Shown in pieces: positions 36,665 through 47,800 of a stretch of DNA of 64,000 nt. The stretch lies in contig NC_081393.1 of the NCBI RefSeq assembly GCF_030684315.1, positions 14,007,479 through 14,071,478 of the forward strand. Reading direction: 5' to 3'. The position numbers and the translations under genes are program-made. Source of the stretch: Stegostoma tigrinum (taxonomy: Eukaryota). Each line of letters opens with the position of its first letter. Position 1 is the stretch's first letter. Below the pieces are notes generated by a model. The model was not told the DNA's origin. It did no database searches and was given only the letters and a program-made list of their open reading frames with translations.

Positions 36665-37040
36665 GTAGGAGATCAAGTGATGACTTTACAGACCATATAT
36701 AAAATCATGAGGGGTATAAGTAAAGTGAATGGCAAATGTTTCTTCCATAGGGTGGGAGATTTCAAAACTGGGGCATACTTTTACAGTGAAGGGAGAAAGA
36801 TTTAAAAACGACACAAGTCTTTTGGTTTACAAACGCACAAGTGTGGGTCCTGTATGGAATAGACCTTCAGAGGAAGTGGGGGATGCAGATACATTTACAA
36901 CGTCCTAAAAACATTTGGGTAAGTACATGAATAAGAAATCCTTGGCCAGACATGCCTCGAGCATAGGAGGGGTAGTTTTATTTGGGACTATCGTCAGAAT
37001 GGCCTGGTTGGTCCAAAGGGTCTGTTCTCATGCTGTACGA
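36665..37040 (+). mobile_element. Decayed CR1 3' fragment
   Basis: tataaaatcatgaggggtatag-like...gttggtccaaagggtctgttctcatgctgtac. Confidence 0.7.
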
Positions 37041-38144
37041 TGGCCGTGAAATCATGTTTATCCGATGATCGACATATCTGGTCCACTTTTAGGAAAGGAC
37101 AACTGTCACTGGCGTCTAGCATTCAAGTTATTCCAGACCCACAGCAACAGCCCTCTGTTCAGTGATAGCTCCGGATGGGCAGTAAATGTCGACCTAACCA
37201 GAGAAGCCCACATTATTAGGGGGAAAAAAAACAAAATATCTACAGCCAAATTCACTCAGTAAACAACTGGTCTTCCAAAACGTGACATGATCCAACTTCT
37301 GCGTGACCTGATTGGGAATTCTGACGTGAAATTTGTTGGGAAGTCTCAAATCATTTGCGTTTGCCCCAAACCATTAACTTGACCAATCCTGACAACAGAG
37401 TACGAAGAGACTGCGTGTAACCCGCGCAAGGCAAGGGCAAGGGAAAGGGTAATACCCCATCGCCCACTCCGAGGAAGAACAAGGAACGAAAACATGCTGA
37501 ACAAACAACACATCTGGAGCCATCTCCCGATGGACAAACTAGAGTTAACAGCGAGTCCAAAAGCACCTCTGAAAGCAGACTGGTGGCAAGCCCGGGAGGC
37601 AAACACCAGCTAAGGAAACCATCGCGGAGACAAACACAACGAGCTGGCTGAGGCACCCCGGTTCACTCAACCGGGCTACCATCAAAACTCGAATCTGAAT
37701 ACCAATGAAACTTAAGTTATTTTTCCCTTCAACCACGGACAAAGATAGAAAGAGAGATAAAATGCCCGCCATTCCCATCTTCAAAAGTAAATAAAAGTCG
37801 AACGAAAATAACTCGAGAACCAAACAGCGCCAAAAACCGCCACCTGCGTCCATTACAAAACAAACGGACCCCGTCAACGAACGCGATTAAAATGGCGACC
37901 GCGCTTCACAACGGCCTCGTGTTCCAATATCACCACCACACCCGTCCCGTTCTCCCCCAACCCCGCCTTTCTTCTACACTCTTGAAGTCTCAACTCCCAT
38001 GATAAAGTATGATAGGGCGTACGCAATAATTTCAAGAACGAAACGCCTGAAGACTAGTCGGATACGTGACGGTTGGTAGACAATGAAGTGACGGTCAGAA
38101 GTGAAGCGATCCTTTTCTCTCTGTCTCTCACTCTCTCCTTTTAC

Positions 38145-38215
38145 CTGCGACTCGCCTCAACAGCACGACAGCGCCTACTAACGTCATCCGCCGGAAACAA
38201 ACGGAATTGTGCCGT
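38145..38215 (-). other. Non-coding first exon of the hnRNP H-like gene (5' end approximate)
   Basis: Strong donor GCAG|gtaaaa at 38145/38144 in a CpG island; overlapping ETS (CCGGAA) and CRE-like (TGACGT) motifs; matching acceptor ttttcag at 36224. Confidence 0.6.
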
Positions 38216-38882
38216 CAAACCCCTCCCCCCTCGCCTTCATGAACATTTACAACTTTCCAGCGAATCATTCATACCCACCCAGTGAACGACAGACAAAAAG
38301 AAACAAACAAGGACGGTGGTCGTCTCGACTTTTTTGTTTAGGAAATATTGGTTTGTTCCTAAGTATTTATTTTAAAAAACTGCAGCAGCCCATGCCGATT
38401 GGTTACAGCGACCGAAACCTCGGCCAGCCATTCGCTCCTCCGCACGTCAATTAAATTTCACGGCTTCTTTTGTCGCATGAATGAAAATACATTTCTTGCC
38501 TTACTGAGTTTGAAATGAAGATCGTGCAGATGAATAGAACTTGAGTTTTCTGTTAACAGCATGGGGAGGTGGTATTTTCCTAACGGTCGTCCCGCCCTTT
38601 ATCACCGTTCATTGGTTTGTAGAACCAAACGGCCGTTAGGGGCAGTGGCCCTGACATTGATTGGTTAATTCCACTGTCAACCATTTAGCCTGATTTGCAT
38701 GATGTGGCGGTGAGGTCGTCTTCGCGATATTTCGCTGTCTGAGGAAGGAGAGTGAAGTTTTTTTTGCTCGGTAGTTGTCGGTTCCAACAATTTTTCTCCA
38801 AAAGTAGCCGGGAGTGTGATGCCTTTCCGGATTATTATTTAACCCGACGCTTCTTTTTCTGAGTGGTTTAAATTAGAAGAAA
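38145..38882. promoter_or_regulatory. Bidirectional CpG-rich promoter shared by the hnRNP H-like gene (-) and MOB1A (+)
   Basis: Divergent first exons ~740 bp apart; four ATTGG (CCAAT) boxes at 38347, 38398, 38611, 38660; GC box at 38591; octamer ATTTGCAT at 38693; ETS CCGGAA at 38191 and 38825. Confidence 0.8.
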
Positions 38883-38896
38883 ATGAGCTTCCTTTT
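38883..38896 (+). CDS. MOB1A: MOB1A exon 1 coding part (14 nt)
   Basis: ATG AGC TTC CTT TT|gtgagt. Confidence 0.9.
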
Positions 38897-41800
38897 GTGA
38901 GTATTGCGCGGGTGACGTGCCATAATCTGGCCCAGCTCGACCATTCTTCCTGTTTTCGGTTCTACCTTTATGGAAACTTTGGGCCTAGTAGGCCTCGGGT
39001 TTCCTTCCTCTTCTCTATCGTTATTCCCTTACTCCGCCTTTTCACCTGTGTCGTTATTAAGCCGATTACTGTTTCTTCTCCGTCTCACGCCGTTGTCCAC
39101 TCACGTAGTCTGATTAACTTCTGATATTGGGTTGGAGGTTTCCTGTTGGAACGTACTACGCCTTTCTTAAAAAAAAGGTGAGGATATAATTATTTGAGCC
39201 GACTGCCCAACAATGGGAACCTTTGATATACGTGTTACATTGTCAGCTCATATTGTCTGCAATCGGTGGTGTTGGACATGGACTATGCAAATAACTTCCT
39301 ACGACACTCATTTTTGTCAAAACACAGGTATGTGTTTTTGAAGACGTGGAGCCACTGAAGGCTGGGTTTTGCTTTTGTTTCATCATTGTGTAACTTAGTC
39401 AAGTGCTTTCAACTTGCCTTTGCTGAAAGTATTATGTTTTCTGATGGACATTACTTGCCAACTGAGACCATCTTGACCTCTTTGTTTTGCCATCATCAAG
39501 GCAAGTAATTTTTTGGGCATTATAATTGTGTACATCCATGGTGTGCTTATTATTAAGTATTATGATTTCAGTCTTCAGTGATTTTTGTTTTCATCTGAAC
39601 CAATTCGTGTGGCTTCATCTTTTTCAGATGACCCGTTGTGAAGTCATTATTCTTGATTATCTCAACATGAGTTGTGCAGAAATAAGTGTCAAGCTGGAGG
39701 AACACAGCAGGCTAGGCAGCATCAGAGAAGTAGGAAAGTTGACGTTTCAACTCAGGACCCTTCTTCTTCTGAAGAAGAAGGGTCCTGACCCGAAACATCA
39801 ACTTTCCTACTCCTCTGCTGCCTGGCCTGCTGTGTTATCTCTGACTCCAGCATCAGCAGTTCTTACTATCTCAGAATGAGTTGCACAGAGTTTTGTTATT
39901 TGTTTTTTTTCCTTCTTTATTTCATGGGGAATGATTGTCAAAATCATACTTGATTCCCAGCTTAATTGCCCTTCAAATGAAGGGTCTTTGAGGCCAGTAG
40001 TTGAGAAATGTGTGACTGTAAATCTCAAGTCTCTTGTAGGCCAGAGCAGGTGAGGATCGCAGATTGACTTAACCACTAATTGTGAAACAGATGGGCTTTG
40101 ATGATATTTGAAGGCTGTTTCATTCGCAAAGATTATAAAGGCCAGACCACTTGTCTGGGCCTCTGGGCTACTAGCACCTGGTACAGCCAGGCATAAGAAA
40201 CTTCTGTGGCCTCATTTTTTTGTTTGTTTTTTGAAAGCAGCCTCACACCTGAGATAGAGAGAAGACCAGGTAGGGTAAAACTGAAGCCTGCATCTTGTCC
40301 AAAACTCAACCGTCATGTTTGCTGTTAAATCTTCAAGCCATAGAGTAACCTTGCACTCAAGATGATGAACCTGGTTATCTGTCGCTCTAAGGATGAGCAT
40401 GATAGTTTGACATAAAAGTCAGTTGCAGAGAATTCTGTGAATTTCAAGGACAATGTAGCTTGTTATTTTTCTTTATTTATTTCTGTCGACAGCAGCGGAT
40501 TCTTCTGTGGTATTATCCTCCCTCTTCTGTTTACCTAAAAGCAGAAGCTCCAATGCGGTGACATGCTTTGCAGTTCACTCAGTTCCTATGCATGACTGAT
40601 ATCTATACCATTGAAATTCTACCAACTGTCAGTTTACTATTCACTTAATCATAAACTTGCGGACAGCTCTTAACAGACTTGAGATTGTATGGCTTGGTAC
40701 GACCTTGTATCATATGATGTACACCAGTGAATTTGTACTTATGTCATTATAGTCCTACTGGATCATAGGGCTGCTGCTGCAGTTTTTAGAGAGATGACTG
40801 GTGACGGTTTAATCTGAGTGTCACCATGGCTTAAACAGAGGGAGAATTTGAGAAGCAGAGTCCTTCATGATAACCTCACCTGGTGAGGAAATGGAACCAA
40901 TGAGAACAAGTAAGGAATTTTGACTCCTTATGACACAGTATTCAAGTACATAATGTTACAATTAAGTGATTCTTGTTGACAAGCAAGAACTTCTGAATCC
41001 AATGTATAGTTCTTCTAACCCCAGGAATCGAGGCCAAATGTCATTTTCCAATAGCTGGTTAAAGCATTAATTATTGGTTAGTTAAGCAAAGATTTTACTG
41101 CATTTTCGTTGGTGAATTGTTTCCTGGTGGAGAATTGCTGAGTACCATATTCAAGTTTGTGTCGCTTCTTGATGGTGTTCCACTAAATTATGAAATTGTG
41201 TATCTTGCTACGCATGGGCAGGTCGTTGCTTCTTTGCAGCTGAAGTGTGAAAATAATACTCATTACTTGCAACCTTTGTTGGACTATTGAAATATGTGGC
41301 ACTGATATAATTGTAAGTTAGTAGCTGTTCTACAATTTGGGGTATGCAACATCCAGTTAGTGGAACATCACTGTCCATTTTAGTAGATGTAATTATAATC
41401 ACTTGAGCTGCATGCATGTAGAGGTGACCGTGAACTGCTGCAGTCCATCTACTGCAGGCAGACCCACAATGCCCTGGGGGGGGTGTGGTGCGGAGGGGAG
41501 GAGTTTCTAGGATTTTGATCCTATAACCCTGAAGGAGCAGCAGCATATTTTCAAGACAGGATGGTGAATAGCTGGGAAGGGAACTTGAAGATCATTTTCG
41601 TCTCTCATATCTGCTGCCCTTGTCCTAGATGATAGAAGACATGGATTTGGAAGCTGCTGAGAAGGACCTGAGAATTTCTGCAGTGTACACCCTGCTGTTG
41701 AATGTTGTTGGTGTAGAGAATTACTGACACCGCATCCACAAACAAACTAGCTGCTTTGCCCTGAATGGTGTCAAGCATCTTGAATGTTGTTTGAACTGCA

Positions 41801-44800
41801 CTCATCCAGACAAGTGCAAAATATTCCACCGTACTTCTGACGTGTAGATAAATGAAAGGTTTATACTTGTCAGGTTTGTGAACATGTGTACGCTGCTGAT
41901 AAAATCGTTGGAGCCTTTAAATAGAGTTTAAAGCTTGCCTGCGGTCAACTGATCTCTTCTGGGAAAAGCGAGAATTCCATTTTCTCATTGACAACCATCC
42001 TCCACGCCTAAAGAAACCTTTATTTGATTTAAAGAATCAGTGATGATGAATGGTTTACTTGCATTTCAGTGGGGTTCGAAATAACAGAACTTTCAAACCA
42101 AAGAAGAATATTCCGGAAGGTTCCCATCAATACGAGCTGCTAAAGCATGCTGAAGCAACTTTGGGAAGTGGTAACCTTCGTCAAGCTGTTATGTTACCAG
42201 AAGGCGAGGATCTAAACGAATGGATTGCTGTCAATAGTAAGTGTATGCAACTTGAATTTTACCCGTCTGTCTGCCCATTGCAAATATTTTCCAATGTAAA
42301 TCTCAAGATATTATTGCACACCTGTGGTCCAGGTGGGAGTTGAATCCTAATCTCATGACTGAGAGGTAAGGTCACTGTAGTTGCACCATGAGATCTTCTG
42401 GCCTACCTTTTCATTCATGTCTTTTCCCCTTTAAGCTGCCTGGGCCCTAAACTCTGGAATGCACTCGATAAAGCTTTCTCAGGCTTTCATTAAAACCTAT
42501 CACTTTGAAATTTTCCTTACAGCTTTATTTTCCTTAAGCAGCTGGGTGTCAACTTCTCTTGTGAAATATTTTGCCATCATTGGATTATGTTAGCTACTTG
42601 TAAACAGACAGCATCTTTGTTTTCTACCTTATTGTTTCCTATATATGGCTTAAACATTGCAATCAAGATATATTTGTGCAAATATGTGACTCTTTTTCGA
42701 AAAGGCTGTAAGAAAAAAATGTGGTGAAAGTGCAGTTAAACATCATGAATACAGTTACAAAACTGAGACTTCCAAAACCTCTTGCTTGTTATTTCTTTTT
42801 GAGTGTTTCTGAAATTCAGATAATGCTTTACTATTTTTTTTAATGGCAGTCACCCTTTTTTTTTCCTGTTCTGAGCAATCCTTTTGAGGTCTGTATTCTG
42901 TATTTATTTTCCATTCCCCAGTTTCCATTTTTAAAGAAGTATTTGTTTCTTTGTTCTGGAAGAGTAAATTTGTTTCTGTGAGGTAGGGGACAAAATCTTC
43001 AGTGCCCAGATTGTTGGAGATCAAAGATATGGCTGCAGATGTGTGTCAAGCCCCTGCAGAAGTACTCGTGTGGATGCATGTGGGAATTTCATGGGAAGTT
43101 TTATCTCGTGATGACACATTCTAATGTTTCCTGGGTCCCTCTGTGAAAATCTCTTAATCTGAGCTAAAGTGGAAGACTTGAGAAGTTTGATGTTAGTTAA
43201 TTGTGTAGTTTCTCAAGTGTCAGATCATTTTGAATCTTGTCTAATTGCTGAAGTAGCCAACTTCAGAAGTAACCCAACTTGGCTTCCCCCACCCTTTCTT
43301 CTTCTCCTCCTCTCCAACAGCCCTCGCCACCTTCGTCAACCATCACCAGCAGTCACACAAATTGCTGGTATTTATGACTTGACTACCTGATTTTAATTGG
43401 TAACTGCAATTGGTAATTGTTCTCTTAATAGATATTTATTGTGACTGGCTCATTTATTTTCAGCTGTCGACTTCTTCAACCAAATCAACATGCTGTATGG
43501 AACAATAACAGAGTTTTGTACAGAACAAAGCTGTCCTGTGATGTCAGCAGGACCAAGGTAGGAAAGATCCTATACACTCAGAACAAGTGAAGACTTAAGA
43601 GAAATGGTCAGATAAAAGAAGGTTGACAGTGACAACATGCTAGAAGTATCTGTTAGATGCCAAAATGCTTCCAGCTGCCTTGATGAAATGCTTTGTGAGC
43701 CCAAACCTGTCTTTCAATTAAGTGACTTAAAAATGAATGTTGTGTCACCATGAAGACTTTAAAAGGTTTTCAGTTCTGAAACACACAGTTGACATTTATT
43801 GGCCTATTCATGCTTCACCTTCACTTTCAGTCAGGTACAGAACAAACTTCAATCTTAATAGCTTTACTAGAGATCAGGAACATGCTTTTTATTTGACAGT
43901 TCCTTCCTTCCTTCCCTTCTCTTTGTCTAGTTTCCTTCAAAGAACTTCGCTGCGATGTTTTGATCTTGTGATGAGATTGGATAGTCGCTATCCATTGCTC
44001 AACTTAAGTTACAGTAAAACACGATCCCACTAATCTTGGCGCTAACCACACTCGCCATCTAGGTTCAAAATGTAGGAATTTTTCCTTGTTCACCAGCCTG
44101 CATTGATTGGATTTGCAGACGTCAGTCCTCCTGTTTTCTATCTGTGCCTATTTAGTCAGAACAGCATAAAACACAGGAATCTGCACTTCCAAGCCCCTGT
44201 GAAATAACTTTTTTTGAGGTAGTTTCGGTGAACTGATGTAAACTCTTGTCTTAATTTATACAGTGATTCCTTTTGAACAAATTGCACTGTCTCTTGTGGA
44301 TGCAAAAAGACCATTCCTTCATGATCTCATTTAAGATTTTGTCATTCGTGTGGCATCAAAGGTCATTTGCAGAACAATGTTCTGAACTTGCACCACATGT
44401 ATGCAAACGTTTTGCTAATTTTAGTCCTTCAAGTCTGGCTTTAATTTCGAGATTATGCCGTGCCCATGCACTTTTCTTCCTAATGAGTGGTTATGATTTG
44501 TCTGCACATTTGTTCTCCCTCCTAATTATCAACTTTGATCAAATCATTGTGTTAGCTTTCTAAACTCGAGGGAAGATAATCAGTTTTTTAATTTCTCTTT
44601 GTAATTTCACCCTTGGCGTTCGGGCATAAATCTTGGAAACCTGTGCCGTCATCTCCAACTCCAGAACATCTTTCGCAGAATATGGTGTCCAGAACTGATT
44701 ACAGAGCTTGATCTTCTGTCTTCATCACCCATGATATTTTGCCCATGAGTGAAAGACCTACAATACTTGTATTTCGTGGGTGTAATCACTTCAACATTTT

Positions 44801-47800
44801 GGCTTTGGAACATACTCCTCAAACACTTGGTTGTTAAATTGGTAATCTCTGGAGGAGAACTGCTCAAATATGGTCTTATTCTTATGTGTAATTGTAATAC
44901 TGCTCAACTTTCTGTCCATGTTGTCTAAACGTTTACTACATAAAGGGTTTAAAGTAAAAGCGTATGTCTGCAAAAATCATACATTTAAGTAACCGTAACA
45001 CAGGCATCTGTTAATTAAGTTTGGTCGCATTTTTAATTGTAACGTTTGACCTGAGGAATGAATAAAAGGTGGTAAATTGGATTTAATCTTGAACAACGAC
45101 AAAATCATGAAACGCTGAAATTAACAAGGAGTCGGGTAGTTGTCAGTGAGTTGTTCAGCATGGAGGTCAGCTTGATTCAAATGAGGACTTTTATTTCTTT
45201 CTCTTGCTGACTTGATTCCATGTTTGATGGTAAGGTTTTTGTGAGTTTTCATGAGAGAAGCTGACTTTGAAAAACAAATTCTATGTGAGTCTTGATTTTA
45301 TATTCAACAACCCTGCCATGAAGGTCGTGTGGAAACCAGGGCCTTGACCTTCCAATCAGCTTTTAATGGTCTCTTCTGCAACCAGTTTAGATCTGTTTTT
45401 AGCTCCCAATTTTGAAATCGTTCTTTGAGAATGATGTGATTGCACAAGAAGAAACGCAGAGGAGATTGACCACATCTTATGTGGGTCGGAGCATTTCAGC
45501 TATAAATAAAGAATTGATATGCTCGGTTTGGTTTTCCTTTGAGCAGCGAAAGCTGAGGGTGGACCTGATTGAGGTCTGCAAGATTAATAAGGGTGGATAG
45601 GATAAAAATGCCCCCCTTTAATAGTATAATCAGCAGTCAGGGTGCATAGATTTAAGGTAAAGGCTGGGAGGTTCAGAGGCATTTAAAGAATTCTTTTCTT
45701 CCCAGAGGGTGATGGGGATCATGAACTCAGTTCTCGGAAGAGCGGGAGCAGAGTGAGCCATCACTACATGCGATTATTTGCGTGACCTCTTGGACCACAA
45801 TAGCATACAAGGCTGTGGCTCAAGCACTGGAAAATGGGACTGTGGTGGGCAGGTGTTTAGTGATTGGGAAGTCAACAAGCCAAAGGACACATTTTAGTGG
45901 TGTAAAAATTTGGTTTTAATGTTGCATGGGACTTGAGATGCAACATAGAAGTATGCATTCAGAAAGCAAATTTTAAAATCTATTTCATGAGCAATTTGTG
46001 GAGTGTGAGACATGGCAGAGTTCTGTGCACAAACAGTCCCATAGCTTTTCGATGATTTCATGTTAAGAGAGGGTACTGTTGTTTCATCATGTACATGGAA
46101 TACATGTTCACACTTGTAGCTTATATTTTTATTATGCTCCAGTAAAAGAGTTTAGAGATGGGTAGACTTTTTTTTATTTGGTGAGTACAAACAATGTGTA
46201 ATTAGAAGGAAGGCAAAAGCATTTTAATCATGTTTGCGTTAGTTTTACACTGTGATATCTGGATCTGCTTTTTTTTTTTTGCCCCTTGCATCTATGCCCT
46301 TCTCCTTTGGAACTTTGATTCCATAGACTCGGATTTGAAATTTGTGGTCCTTTGATTTATTGATCACTCCCTCTTACCTTCTTCTCCAATACATGTTCCT
46401 CGACATTAAAATTCATAGTTGAACACATTGCATTTCAACAGGTAACAATGTTGGATGTCAGAGGTTGGTTTGAAGTTAAAACCAAATGAATATAACAGAT
46501 TCACCTAAAAGAAATGAAACTTCGCAACGCTCATACTAGGTTGAAACGATTTTGAGTGATACATTAGCTGTTCACGTTTTAAGTCACCCTCAATTTGAGC
46601 TCATTTCTCTTCTTGCTTTGATTCCAGTACTTGTTCTTGTGGGAAGAAAGAGTGAGAGAAACAAAAGTGTCTTCATTACAGAGGGAAGGTGGGAATAAAT
46701 AGCTGAGGTAAACAGGGAGTAATTGAAAAGACAGTTGAATATTTCAAAGTAGTACATCATAGTTCGGTTGATCATCTGATTGTCCTGTGCTGTGTGATTC
46801 TTAATGTTTTCCTACCTCTCTCTTCTTACAGTCACAATTGTTAAATGCTTTGGCAAGCTCTAAGTGTTGTGCAATGTTTCAAGTATCTATTGACCAGATG
46901 TAAATGGAGGATGTATGCAGTGTTTAATTTCTTGCCATCTTTATTACCACTGAGGATATTTGTTACAGATATGAATACCATTGGGCTGATGGCACAAACA
47001 TTAAAAAACCAATTAAGTGTTCTGCTCCAAAGTACATTGATTACCTGATGACATGGGTACAGGACCAGCTTGATGATGAAACCCTCTTTCCTTCAAAAAT
47101 AGGTGAGCCGTTTTGTTTCAGCCACTTAGGAAAAGCAAACAATGCATTCTCATGGACATGTGCAATACTCAATCACTAGTACCAGAAGACGGTTTTAATT
47201 TTTTGGTTGGCACTACACTTACATTACACTTGCTACAATTAGCCTCATCTCTTCTCCATGCCCAATCCCCTCCCTGGACTGTGAAGCAGCTCTTTGAATT
47301 TTGATTAGAAACTACAGTTGTTTTGTTCCATTGTCCTTAAAATTTAATCAGATTACTAAAAAGCAAACCGATAGATTAAATTCTCCTTGTTTGAATGTAT
47401 GAGTTTGAAGTTAAAAGTGGTTAACTTGACATCTAGAACTGCATGAAAAAACTTCTTTCTTTGGTCTGGTTCAGTTCTTCTCCCTGCTCACCCATGAACT
47501 GCATTTTGTGTTCAAGTTATGATGCCTCTTGAAGTTGCTTTTTCGCATTAGCTGTGAAAATGCATAGATCATTTTTAAAGCCTGAATCATTTAAGCTTTT
47601 CCAAGCTATAATTCATGATCACTTTGTTTCACTACAGGAGTGCCGTTTCCTAAAAACTTCATGTCTGTGGCCAAGACCATTCTGAAGCGGCTGTTCAGAG
47701 TCTACGCTCATATTTATCACCAGCATTTTGACTCTGTGATGCAGCTTCAGGAAGAGGCCCATCTTAATACTTCCTTCAAGCACTTCATATTTTTTGTTCA

